This document shows, piece after piece, positions 1 through 11,633 of a stretch of DNA of 64,000 nucleotides. Position numbers and translations under genes: made by a program. The notes beneath the pieces are model-generated. The model did no database searches. It was not told the origin of the DNA and worked only from the letters and a program-made list of their open reading frames with translations. The DNA lies in the NCBI RefSeq assembly GCF_052425735.1, contig NC_135770.1, forward strand, positions 8,680,001-8,744,000. Reading direction: 5' to 3'. Origin of the DNA: Oculina patagonica (lineage: Eukaryota). The first letter of the stretch is position 1. Every line of letters starts with the position of its first letter.

Positions 1-1340
1 TATTGTCCCCAGCAAGGGGGGAGGTTTTTTGTACTTTTGGGGGTGAGGTAGTTGCAATATTGAAACAAATTGCTGTAATTTACCAAAAAGGTGAAGAGTT
101 GAGCTGAATTTGCCATACTAACAGTGCACAATGTCCTGAGATATGTCATCTGACTACAATCAGATGTTCTTCACAAAAGGGGTGTATAACCAGCAGGCAG
201 GGGAGGGGAGTGGGGGAGTACATACCATGGTATTTTGTGACTTTGTAAAGTAAGCAAACTTAATCCTCTCCCTCGCATCCTCCCCCGCATGTACGAATCG
301 CAGTCCAAGACATGCCAGTCGTGAACAATGTTCTTTGCAACCTAACTCAGGTTTGCACCCTCATTTCACCAGCTCCCTGGCATACTGTTGATGCTTTAGG
401 TGATGTGGTCCACTGAGGCTTCCATGCATCTGACTCAGATTGTGCCCATCCCCATTCACTTAGAGAAGGTAGTCAGGATTAGATACAGTGCACTGTCCTC
501 AACAATGACCAGCTTGGTAGACCACTATCTTGTTGTGTTTGTACTAATGCATCAGCAGTAGGGGAGATGTTCTCAAGGGTTCGTTCCTTCTGTGCAAAAA
601 TTTTCTGGCATCATTGACTCCTAATGGCACGGGCTTGCTGGTCATACAACAGAACCACCAATCCAAGCACAGGCATAGCATTTAGAACATCCTGCACACT
701 AGGCATTTTGATAAGGACCATGAAAGCTATAGTCGCTTCTCCATGGGACATTCATGTGGCCCATACTGTGCTCTTCTTGTCCTTAGAATGCTGATGTCTA
801 ATCACAGCCTGTAAAGGTGTACAACACTTGAGATTTCTCATCTTCAAGAGGCCTGACGATGTCAAGTATTGCTTACCAACTCCAAATGCAATTCATATCT
901 CCAGAGCAAGCACTACTGCAACACCAGTGTCTACTGTACAAATTATCTTGTCAATACCTTGCTGTGCGCGCACATATAAAATCAGCTCTGTTTTGTTGGA
1001 CTCTTAATCCTTCAGAGATTCTCCCCAGCTATCAGGAAGCCTTACATCTGCTTCTACTCTGCGACGGACACCTCTTCCACGCTTGTCACGAGTTTGGTAC
1101 GCATCTATCCCAGATGATATCAATCTTCTGCACACTCGGTAGCTGGTTACTGATTTGCGGCCAGTTAACTTGATATGCATAGCAAGAGAATGTTTTACAT
1201 GTTCCAGACGGCTTCAATATGTTGACAGGGGCAGTACCATCGATAAGCATCACATCTACTACTGGGGTTATACATTGGTTTGGTGTCAGTTTTTCCATCC
1301 ACTTCATCAAGTCGGACTTTACGCTTACTTGCAGGTCGCA
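1..1340 (-). mobile_element. Decayed Academ-type DNA transposon fragment (XPG/PIN-like nuclease and Cys-rich C-terminus); 3' end runs off the window
   Basis: The minus-strand ORF 1086..1418 carries VKSDLM...VDVMLIDGTAPVNILKP...TFSCYA...QKIDIIWD, the N-terminal part of the XPG-like domain of AcademX proteins. The rest is the frameshifted reverse complement of the plus-strand copy at 1345-2576. Confidence 0.7.
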
Positions 1341-1344
1341 GGTC

Positions 1345-3170
1345 ACCAGAGTAGAAACAGATGTAAGGGTTTCTGCTAAGTGGGGAGAATTTCTGAAGGA
1401 AGAGTTCAAATGCAACAAAACAGAGCATATCTAGCTTAGGAGATGATCACGTTGCCATGTGAAGCAAACAAAATGTATTATATCTACAAGCGACACTCTC
1501 GTATTGTCATCTTCAGTTGATGTTACGCCTGAAATATCACCTTGCATGCACAAGGAGGCTGCTACAAGACTACTTTTTATTGCAATCAGATTCTGATTGT
1601 GCACAGCAAGGTAATTCTTCGTACAGAAGACACTAATGTCACAATGCTCGCTATTTCCAACTTAAATCTAAATCAATTAAGAGTATAGTGAGATGTGATT
1701 GCATTTGGAGTTAGTAAGCAATACTTGATATCGTCAGGCCTCTTGGAGATGAGAAATCACAAGTGTTGCACATCTTCCACGACTTTACAGGCTGTGATCA
1801 GCGTCAGCATTCTAAGGACAAGGGAAGAGCACAGTATGGGCCACATGGATGTCTTATGGAGAAGCCACTATAGCTTTCATGGTCCTCAGCAAAATGCCTA
1901 GTATGCGTTTGCTGGAAAGATTTGTGGTGCTGTTGTATGACCAGACACGTCCGTGCCAAGGAGACAATGATGCCAGGAAAGTTAGTTATTGCACAGAAGG
2001 TAGGACCCTAGAGAACAACCCTCTACCTCTGACGCATTAGTACAACACAACAAGATAGTGGCCTACCAAACTGGTCATTGTTGAGGACATTGCACTGTAT
2101 CTAATCCTGACTACCTTCTCTTAGTAAATGGGGATGGGCACAATCTGAGTCAGATGCATGGAAGCCTCAGTGGACGACATCACCTAAAGCATCAACAGTA
2201 TGCTAGGGAGCTGGTGAAATGAGGGTGCAAACCTGAGTTAGGTTGCAAAGAACATTGTTCACGACTGGCATGTCTTGGACTGCGCTTCGTACATGCGGGG
2301 GAGGATGCGAGGGAGAGGATTAAGTTTGCTTACTTTACAAAATCAAAAAATACCATGGTACGTACTACCCCACCCCCTACCCTGCGTGCTGGTTATACAC
2401 CCCGTTTGTGAAGAACGTCTGGTTGGAGTCAGATGACATATCTCAGGACATCGTGCACTGTTAGTATGGCAAATTCAGCTCAACTCTTCACCTTTTCGGT
2501 AAATTACAGCAATTTGTTTTAATATTGCAACTACCCCACCCCCTAAGTACAACTCCCCCCCTTGCTGGGGACAATACGTAATATTGTTCAGCAACTTGAA
2601 CAGTAAGCAAGTTCTATCACATATAACAAATTCGGCTCAAATATACAACTTTTTTCTTGAATTACAGTACTTTCTTTGAAAATTGTAACCACCCCACCCC
2701 CCTAAGTGCAAAAAATCTCCCCCCACCCTTGCTGCGGACAATACCTAATATTGTTCAGGAACTTGAACAGTAAGCAAGTTCTATCACATCTTATAAATTC
2801 AGCTTAACTGTACACCTTTTTCTTGAATTACAGTACTTTCTTTGAAAATTGTGACCACCCCACCCCCCTTAGTACAAAAAATACCCCCCTTGCTGGGGTA
2901 AATACCTAATATTGTTCAGCAACCTGAGTAGTAAGTAAGTACTACTACATATAACAAATTCGGCTCAACTGTACACCTTTTTTCTTGAATTACAGTAATT
3001 TCTTTGAAAATTGTAACCACCCCACCCCCCTAAGTACAAAATCACCCCCCCTGGCTGGGGTCCATAGCTAATATTGTTCAGCAACTTAAATACTATCACC
3101 ATGCCAAATTTGGTGCTTTTACCCCGAAGTGCACAATTCCAGTATTTTTTTGCACCATATGGCTGGACTA
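1345..3170 (+). mobile_element. Decayed Academ-type DNA transposon 3' half, with terminus at ...GGCTGGACTA
   Basis: Broken frames encode W.EFLK...NKTE (1380-1425), SPCMHKEAATRLLFIA (~1537-1584; the HEEADTR motif), HDFTGCD (~1778-1798), LERFVVLLYD (~1912-1942) and a Cys cluster ELVK*GCK...CK...CTCGGGC (~2208-2308). The end reads TAGTCCAGCC on the reverse strand, consistent with Academ TAG termini. Confidence 0.7.
2581..3090 (+). repeat. Subterminal tandem repeat, ~163 bp unit, about 3 copies
   Basis: ATATTGTTCAG recurs at 2581, 2748, 2909 and 3071 with conserved intervening sequence (TTTTTCTTGAATTACAGTA...CCACCCCC). Confidence 0.9.
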
Positions 3171-5011
3171 ATTCAACGTTGAAGTATACCAAGAGACTTG
3201 AATCACACCATATTGTCTATCACACTGTCTAGTAATACTTCAACATTGATATGGGGGAGGGGGGCCCATACACATTTTGTGCGTTCCTGTAGATTAGATA
3301 TATTTTTGAATACATATACTTTTAAAAAAGTTGTTGAAATCAAGACGTTTATCTTGGAATATTTAACGGTATCCCACGATTTACAAGATAGGCTGCTTTC
3401 TTGCCATAATATAACAAACGTTTCCGTCGTGCTATAAATTATGATAAACTACATAAGGCTAGCCTTTTTGTAAAAACACCAGCCGGTTTCGCTAAAACTC
3501 AAGTGATAATGTGGAATGTTTCACGGTATACTATTAGACCGTTCCTTGTGTAACAAACAAATAAAAAAAAAAAAACACTACATGAATAACTTATATTGCA
3601 CGACATATTTATTCTAGGTCTTTGACTGGTATTTCCCAAGAGTATACCCTTAAGATAATGCACATACAATGCTGAAAAACAATTCAATTAACCAATGCCA
3701 TTTGCGGTCAGGAAGAATGGATGTGTTTTGTACAGTACAGTGTCAACTTGTGTACAAAAACAAATACAACTGGCCGGGACAGGGAACCAGGTTTTTTTCG
3801 CTTTGCAAGACAACAGGTAAATGACAGACACTTTTTCTTAACTCCGTGCGAAACATGACAAACTGATCTGGCAAAAAGACTATTTCGATTCTTCACATGA
3901 GGTGACTTCAGATTGGCCATCGTACGGCTTGGTTGTTTTTCTCAAAGACTAGGCTTTTGTTTAAGACTCTAGACAAAAGAAGAAAAGAATTGAGATGCAA
4001 AACAACGTGTTTATAATCCGCAAGCCTTGCTCTTGGAAGGGCATCTTAAACTAGACCGGCAGCCTGAAAGAACCAGTGATTTCACAGTTGCCATCCGAGA
4101 ACCTTTAAAAGTTGCACCACAAAGATTTGACAGTCAAAAACTCTAAAAACACCAACTTAACTGCAAAGAAGCGAAAGGAGTACATTTTCTGTCATCTACG
4201 TCTGGAAAACGTTAAGATAAACAACAAGATGACCAGAATACAAAAAAACAAGCCTTCGATAGCGGAGCAGCTACCCAAGCAGATGGCTAGAATCCTCTAT
4301 AATACGCTCATTCAAGAGACACAGCGAAGCAGTGCTGAGAGCAGAGCGATGTCCGACAGCGAGCCAAGTCGACAAAATCAAGAGATCTCTAGTCAAGATG
4401 TCCTGTTGGCGGTAGTCGAGCCGATAGAGAATTCAACATGGCGAATAGGACTTCATAAGCGGACATTTAATAACATTTGATGGTTTTGAATGTCTGCAGG
4501 AGAGGCAGTTGCGTGCTAGCTGTAATTCAAACTGTGATACTTCACCAAACTTTCACTTCGCAGTTTTCAGAAGGAACTATGAAACTATATATGATTATTC
4601 ATAAGGAAGACTGAACGACTTTATAAAATAATAGCAGTTCACAGCCAGAATATGAAGAAAAACTGATCGCTTTGACGCGAGCCCACCATAATACTCACTT
4701 TCAAAGCGAGTTTTTTCAGGGACTTTTTCTTCATTTCTGTACGAGAAGTGTATAAGCGACTCTTTAAAATATTTGCTACTTATTTCACTTGGGATAAAAA
4801 GAATATTGTATTATAAGTATTTTAGGACGATATCCGTGTCTTGTAGCATAATTAAAGTGTGAGTGTAAAGAGTATTGACTACGGTTGTTAGAAATATTGA
4901 AAATGTAAATCAAAACAAGATCTGAATTAACAGTTAAAGGCGTCTAAAAATATCTGGTTTGTAGCCAGGCATGCTAAGATTAAAAATTATTTGATAAAAG
5001 TTGACACTGGC

Positions 5012-5068
5012 TTAAAATATGTACAGGACGTTTCGGCTACTGCTGTAGCCTTCTTCAGCAATATGTAA
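5012..5068 (-). ncRNA. Minimal type I hammerhead ribozyme of the PLE
   Basis: Minus strand reads G-CTGAAGA-A-GGCTAC-AGCA-GTAGCC-GAAA-CG-TC. This is the CUGANGA core, a perfect 6-bp stem II, GAAA, a palindromic ACGU mini stem III and a UC cleavage site, as is typical of PLE hammerheads. Confidence 0.85.
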
Positions 5069-5207
5069 ATTTAAAACGGCGTCCCTGGTGTTATAGGAAT
5101 AAAAACTAAGAAATGCAGAAAAAGGTGACAAGAAATGTACTGAATAAAATTGGGGGTGGAATTCTAAAAATGCGACTAGAAACGATAGAATAGGGGGTGG
5201 TATGCAA

Positions 5208-6677
5208 TTAAAAATTGTTAAGTTTCTTATAAATGTTTGGGAATGCTACGTGTTCATTAATAGCGTTTCCATCTCGGACTGAGTGCCACGCTTCGAGGAA
5301 AAGTCTTTGTCTCCAAACTGAAGACCGGTCGATAATGTCAACATTTTTCAGATCAATTTCATGATCGTTGAGCAAATGGTGTTCGGCCAATAGGGAATTT
5401 CTGTCCATTGTTGTTATCGCTTTAGCATGTTCTTTGATGCGTGTTTTGAGTGCGCGCGAGGTCTGGCCAATGTAAACACACGCACAGTCTTTGCATTTGA
5501 TTTTATATACAACACCTTTCGACGACTCTTCGCTGATTTTATCTTTGGGTTTTTTCAAAATATTGGCGATGGAACGGATGGGCTTGTGAGCCACTTTGAC
5601 GTTAAAACCTTTGAGAACTCTTGAGATTCTTTCAGAAAAACCCTTGGCGTACGGTAGAACAACCAAACCTCGCTGTTCAACAACGTTGGCACCACTTTTT
5701 TGTTCGGCATTGGATTGACGACCATTACGAATAAAATTGATGGGATAATTGTTCGCTGCCAGCGCATTCAATACACGATTAGATTCAGATGACACTTCCT
5801 CCTCAGTGGATGGGATGTTCTTAGCCCGATCCATAAGAGTGCGTACAACAGAGTGTTTATGTTGCGTATGGTGGTATGAATTGAAGTCTAGATAGCGGTC
5901 GGTATGAGTGGCTTTTCTGTAAACAGAAACGGCTATCGAACCATCCACTTGCCTCGTTGTCTTAGTGTCCAAGAAAGCGATTGAACCTTCTGTTTCCACT
6001 TCGATGGTGAATTTGATGTGCTGGTTAATCGAGTTTAGGTGCGAATGAAATTCATCTACAAATTCTTTTTTCAGACACACATGACTGTCGTCGACATATC
6101 TAAACCACCATTTAGGTGGGTGTGGAGCCGAGGAGAGGGCCTTTTCTTCAACGTATTCCATGACCAGATTGGCTAAAATGGCGCTGACTGGTGAACCCAT
6201 AGGACAGCCAAAAATCTGTTTGTAGTTTGTTCCTTGAAAAACGAAGAAGTTACTGTCAAGAACGAATTCTAAGAGTTTGATAATGTTCTCTACGGATAAA
6301 TTTGTTCTTTCAGATGACGAAGAGTCAGAATAGAGTCTCTCTTTGACGACTTCCACGGCTAGATTGGACGGGATACAGGTAAACAGAGATACAACGTCGA
6401 AAGATACAAAGATCTCGTCAGGATTGACTGTCAAGGTGCGAATCTTCTCCACAAAAGACACACTGTTCTTAACTGTGTATTTGTTGTTCTGAAGCGGTGA
6501 CAAGATGTTGGCGAGGTGTTTGGATAATTGGTAGGTGGGGGACCCAATGGCGCTTGTGATAGGTCTGAGAGGGACGTCTGCCTTGTGGATTTTAGGAAGC
6601 CCGTAAAACGAGGCTGGAATGGCATCGGTACTGTGGAGTTTGTAGTAAAGTTTGGGGTCCAGCTGTTTCTTGCTGCT
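5208..6677 (-). CDS. PLE reverse transcriptase + GIY-YIG endonuclease (N-terminally truncated, frame intact)
   Basis: The frame is open upstream of 6503 and encodes FYGLPKIHK..PLRPI. RT motifs SFDVVSLFT, GCPMGSPVS and RYVDD follow, then YRKATHTDRYL and the GIY-YIG region GVVYKIKC..C..VYIGQT.R.L..R..EH. Confidence 0.93.
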   Translation of the reverse strand, partial: SSKKQLDPKLYYKLHSTDAIPASFYGLPKIHKADVPLRPITSAIGSPTYQLSKHLANILSPLQNNKYTVKNSVSFVEKIRTLTVNPDEIFVSFDVVSLFTCIPSNLAVEVVKERLYSDSSSSERTNLSVENIIKLLEFVLDSNFFVFQGTNYKQIFGCPMGSPVSAILANLVMEYVEEKALSSAPHPPKWWFRYVDDSHVCLKKEFVDEFHSHLNSINQHIKFTIEVETEGSIAFLDTKTTRQVDGSIAVSVYRKATHTDRYLDFNSYHHTQHKHSVVRTLMDRAKNIPSTEEEVSSESNRVLNALAANNYPINFIRNGRQSNAEQKSGANVVEQRGLVVLPYAKGFSERISRVLKGFNVKVAHKPIRSIANILKKPKDKISEESSKGVVYKIKCKDCACVYIGQTSRALKTRIKEHAKAITTMDRNSLLAEHHLLNDHEIDLKNVDIIDRSSVWRQRLFLEAWHSVRDGNAINEHVAFPNIYKKLNNF

Positions 6678-8992
6678 GTCTTGCTGCTAGAATTCCGTAA
6701 TTGTTATTTTGAAATCGCATCTTTGCACTTCTTACATAACTTGAGACCAATGGGAGATACATGACTTAGTATTTCTATAATTTAATTTTTCTAGCGTTTT
6801 CGTAGTTTTTCTAGCGTATTTGTTTGTTTCAGTATACATATAAACGTTGTTATGACCAGTCCGTTTTTTGGACTATACCGTTGTTTTTGCTTGATGTTTT
6901 GGTTTATCAAATCAAATAGGAATCATGAAATAATGTATTGCCGCAAATTGTAAAGTTCATAGTTTTTTTCCATCTGTTTTCTGTGGAGTAAAGTTATGAA
7001 GCAAAATCGTTGATTTTAACAATATCTCCTGGCTTATTCTCTGATTCACTTTTTAGCAGTGCATTTCCCAGATTTATGTCGATCCTTTGAAGGTGTAGAC
7101 AAGAAGTTTGATCCAGGCCTAACACAAACCAATCCTTTAATCCTGCAAACACCCTCATTAGTTATGTATCACGTTTTGATTCACATGTATCGCAAAACAC
7201 GAGATACTAGATCACGTTATTGTTTTGTTTACATTTTTTCTTTCGAAAAGCGTTTTACTTTTTGTAATGAACAATATAAAAAAGAGCTAATCTCACAAGC
7301 GTTCTCATTGGTTTAAACAGCGTACTTTATGAGACTACAAAGCACGCAGCTTAAGGGGACGATTAAGACGGTACGATTTTGCCTTCGATTTTTGCGTGCG
7401 ACACGCTTAACCATCGTCTGCCATTTGTGTGCGCGTGCAGCTTGAAGATCATTTCAGATCTCCCTTTTTTTCGCAAACGACGAACATACTGGCCATAACA
7501 ACGATATATCAGAAAATTATAGAAATACTAAGTTTTGTAAGAAGCGCAAAGATACGCTTTCAAAAAATAACAATTACCAGAATTCTAGTTGGTACAGTCA
7601 AACAACTTAACTATTAATTCAGATCTCGTTTTTATTGATATTTACATTATTTCCAATAACTGTAGTCAATACTCTTTACACTCGCATTTTAATTGTACTA
7701 CAAGACACGGATATCATCCTAAAATAGTTATAATACATTATTGTTTTCCAAAGTGAAATAAATTACATGTTTTAAGAGTCGCTTATACACTCCTCGTACA
7801 GGGAAGAAAAAAAAAAGGCCCTGAAAAAGTGTGCTTTGAAAGTAAGTCTTATGACAAGGCTCGCGTCAAAGCGATCAGTTTTCCTTCACATTCTGGCTGT
7901 GAACTGCTGATACTTTTTAAAAGTCGTTCAGTCTTTCTTTAGTTCCATAGTTCCTTTAGGAAACTGCAAGGGGAAAGGTTGGTGTAGTATCACAGTTTTA
8001 TTTTAATACAGCTAGCACGTAACTGCCTCTCCTGCAGACATTCAAAACCATCAAATGTTATTTAATGTCCGCTTATGAAGTCCTATTCGCCATGTTGAAT
8101 TCTCTATCGGCTCGACTACCGCCAACAGGACATCTTGACTAGAGATCTCATGATTTTGTCGACTTGGCTCGCTGTCGGACATCGCTCTGCTCTCAGTACT
8201 GCTTCGCTGTGTCTCTTGAATGAGCGTATTATAGAGGATTCTAGCCATCTGCTTGGGTAGCTGCTCCGCTATGGAAGGGCTCTTTTTTCGTATTCTGGTC
8301 ATCTTGTTGTTTTTCTGAACGTTTTCCAGACGTAGGTGACAGAGAAATTTACTCCTTTCGCTTCTTTGCAGTTTAGTTTGGTGTTGTTGGAGTAGTTGGC
8401 AATCAAATATTTGTGTAGCAACTTTTAAACGTTCTCGGATGGCAGTTGTGAAATCACTGGTTCTTTCGGCTGCCGGTCTAGTTTAAGAATGCCCTTTCAC
8501 GAGCAAGGCTTGCGGCTTATAAACACGTTGTTTTGCATCTCAATTCTTTTCTTCTTTTGTCTGGAGTCTTTAACAAAAGCCTAGACTTTGAGAAAAACAA
8601 CTTTGCCGCATGATAGCCAGTCTTAAGTCACCTTGTAAAGAAACGAAAAAGTCATTTTGCCCGGTCATTTTTTCATGTTCCGCACAGATGTAAGAAGAAA
8701 GTGTCTGACATTTACCTGTTGTCTTGGAAAACGAAAAATCTGATTACCTGTCGAACACAAGTTGACAATGTACTGTACAAAACACACTCATTGTTACTGA
8801 CCGTTATTAACAAACAAATGGCATAAGTTAATTTGATTGTTTCTCGGCATTGTAAGTGCATTATCTTAAGGGTATACTCTTGGGAAATACCAGTATGAAA
8901 GACCTAAAAAAAATAAGTCGTTCATTAAAGTATTCATGCATGCGCAGTGTTATTTTGTGTAGGTAACGTAAGGAACTTTCTAATAGTATACC

Positions 8993-9846
8993 AGGCGCCA
9001 TTGGATGGTAAAGATTACGATAGAATACCTTTAAATAAGCTCTCTTGCAAATCGGCAACAGAATTCCTTGTTAAAAAAAAGTTTTTAACACCTACTGCTG
9101 AAAAAAGGATGGTAAAAGCAAATTTGAATGAGAAAACAATACAACTCATTTATAGCCTTCCTTTCAAAGTCACTAAGGACACCAGACTTGCCATCTTTCA
9201 ATTTAAAATTATTCATCATATTCTGCCAACAAATTCAACGCTTTTTAGAGATGCACTGAAAGAAACAGATAAATGCCATCTATGCTCTGATAGACAAACA
9301 CTTACTCATCTTTTTGCTACCTGTTTGAACGTTAAAAGCTTTTGGTCTCACTATACTAATTGGTGGAATTCCAAAAACTCTGAGCCAATAACTCTTGATG
9401 AAAACATGATTATATACGGTGTTACCAATGACTTCTCTCGTCGACTTGGTTTAAACCTCTGCTTGATTATCGCAAAACAGTATATTTACACAGCCTCTAG
9501 AAAAGAAGAAGAGTACTACTGGGAAGCTTTCATGGCCATCCTTACAAGCAAAATTCAAATAGAGAAGCATAAATCTAAGAAACAGATACAGCTGTAACCC
9601 TCAACATTAAATATAGTATTTAAAAAGGCCAAAAAAAAAAAAAAATAGTCAGCCACGCTACCTTTCCTCTGTCCTTTTTTTTTTTTTTTTTGTTATTTTC
9701 TTTGTTATTTATTTATTTATCAATTTATTTTTGCATGCCCTCTGTTTAACTTAAATAATGCTTTTTTAAGTAAGCTATGTATTGTAATGTATTGTATTGT
9801 CATTGTTAATAAATAAACTGCTATTTAAAAAAAAAAAAAAAAAAAA
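8993..9846 (+). mobile_element. 5'-truncated L1/Tx1-type LINE (ORF2 C-terminal zinc-binding region, 3' UTR, poly(A))
   Basis: The ORF to 9597 has FQFKIIHHILPTN..C..C...QTLTHLF..C..V..FW (zf-RVT-like). AATAAA-like signals and an A-run lie at 9827-9848. The TSD AATAGTATACC occurs at 8982-8992 and 9847-9857. Confidence 0.93.
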
Positions 9847-10935
9847 AATAGTATACCTTGAAACGTCCCACGATATCACTTGAGTTTTAGCGAGACAGGC
9901 GGGTGGGTTTTTTTTTTTACAAAAAAGCCTTGCCAAAAGTAGTTTACCAGACGAATGGCATTTTATGACGAGAAAACAGCGTAGCTTGTAAACCGTAGGA
10001 TACCATCCAATATTCACTGGCTTCCAGCTTTCCTATTGGTTCTTTCTGCCATTGCGTGCGACAAAACTTACTCACTCACGTACACTCTCAGACTATACGC
10101 CAAATATAATACATCATTTCAAGGACCTCAGGTTGTCAGGTTTTACGACACAAAAAAGACCGGGAATTACAGTTAAAAAAAAGGTGACTTCCATTAAAGC
10201 CTGCTTTCGTAATTATTTGCACAGGAACCAGCCGAAAGAAAACGATATCGCTTCTGACACTCTGTGATCTATTTTAGCTGCGTGATTTATTTTTAGTTCC
10301 GCACCGCTTTGTAAAATTTCTTTGGCCTAACAAAGGTATTGGTACTACTCTATGAACATCGCATTAACACTGTACGAAATGAGCAACACACAAAGCTAAT
10401 CTTGGATTAACTAAAGGTAGTTGTCGTCAATACTACACGGTAGTTTTCTCGGTTGAACGAATTTTTATCAAGATATCTAACGACAGCTGAGGAAAAATGA
10501 GCAGGATAAAGCAATGCAACTTGGCCCTTTCAACGCAACCAAATTGGATTCCTAGAATCGAAATGAAGATTAAGTGCGAATAGAATTAATATGTGTTTAC
10601 ATCCACACTTTGTTGAAAAATGTAAGAACTCAGTAAAGGGGCACTATATCACGGGGATTTTGATGCATTTTTTGTCAAAACGGTCTCAAGAAATGTGACT
10701 AAGTATTTTTTGCTCAAACACAAAATGCAACTAGAATACCAACATAAAGATATAAAGTAAATTGTTGAAAGGGAGGGTGCAATTATATTTATTTAGATGT
10801 CAGCAATTTTTCCAATTCACAAGGGCAGAATTTGAAGAATTCTTCCCGGAACTTTTTTTGCGTTCTTAACACTGAAACCTAAAAATATCTGGTATGTGGC
10901 CAGGCATAATAAGATTGAACTGAAACCTGTTATAT

Positions 10936-11221
10936 ATATGTCTGGATTTATCAAAACCAGGTCAAGGAAATTTTCACCGTTTAAAGCGAAAATCGCTGTA
11001 AACGCGTTTTTTTCTCCAAACTCCATGATATAAAAACTAAAGGGAATGTCAGTCTTTTTTTCTCTTCTCCTCTCTCTTCTCTACCTTTCGGCGCTGTATT
11101 TCTTTCTTTTTTTTTTTTCCCCTTTCTTGTGGCGTTGTAAGCCAATTCGCGCAGTAACGTACTTGTCCAAGAATACTGACGTCACTTTTCTTTGACCCGG
11201 TTTTGATAAATTCAGACATAT
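10936..11221. mobile_element. TA-targeting MITE, family A, copy 1
   Basis: TIRs ATATGTCTGGATTTATCAAAACCAGGTCAAGGAAA / TTTCTTTGACCCGGTTTTGATAAATTCAGACATAT; preceded by (TA)n. Confidence 0.8.
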
Positions 11222-11336
11222 GATTCAATAGTATGAGCAGGGAAAGCCTGGATTTCTCTCTAGATGCATAGAAAATGATTGATTGTAACTCGAGAAGCTC
11301 ATTCTTGACCTTTCCGGTCATACTATTGAATCATAT
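11218..11336. mobile_element. Short TA-targeting MITE, family B
   Basis: TIRs ATATGATTCAATAGTATGA / TCATACTATTGAATCATAT; shares ATAT with both neighbouring elements. Confidence 0.75.
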
Positions 11337-11633
11337 GTCTGGATTTATCAAAACCAGGTCAAGGAAATTTTCACCGTTTAAAGCGAAAATCGCTGTAAAC
11401 GCGTTTTTTTCTCGCCAGAAACTATCTCCAAACTCCATGATATAAAAACTAAAGGGAATGTCAGTCTTTTTTTCTCTTCTCCTCTCTCTTCTCTACCTTT
11501 CAGCGCTGTATTTCTTTCTTTTTTTTTTTTTCCCTTTCTTGTGGCGTTGTAAGCCAATTCGCGCAGTAACGTACTTGTCCAAGAATACTGACGTCACTTT
11601 TCTTTGACCCGGTTTTGATAAATTCAGACATAT
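11333..11633. mobile_element. TA-targeting MITE, family A, copy 2
   Basis: Near-identical direct copy of 10936-11221 with an extra 15 bp (GCCAGAAACTATCTC); followed by (TA)n. Confidence 0.8.

Larger units (their letters stand above)
4995..6680 (-). mobile_element. 5'-truncated Penelope-like retroelement (PLE)
   Basis: RT plus GIY-YIG ORF followed by a 3' region with a hammerhead motif. It interrupts the left arm of the foldback element. Confidence 0.93.
3357..10015. mobile_element. Foldback-type element with ~1.75 kb inverted arms and a ~0.6 kb spacer, interrupted by a PLE and a LINE
   Basis: The left arm (3357-4937 plus 6687-6865) is the reverse complement of the right arm (7483-8992 plus 9858-10015). 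For example, ORFs 4112..4480(+) and 8051..8302(-) translate almost identically. No transposase is present. Confidence 0.8.

Noticed and set aside
4112-4480. 122-aa ORF with a near-identical partner at 8051..8302
   Set aside because: Both lie in the inverted arms of the foldback element; there is no domain, and the similarity is explained by the DNA repeat.
10936-11633. Repeat-spacer-repeat layout reminiscent of a CRISPR array
   Set aside because: Units are ~300 bp TIR elements in a eukaryotic genome, there are only two repeats, and no cas genes are present.
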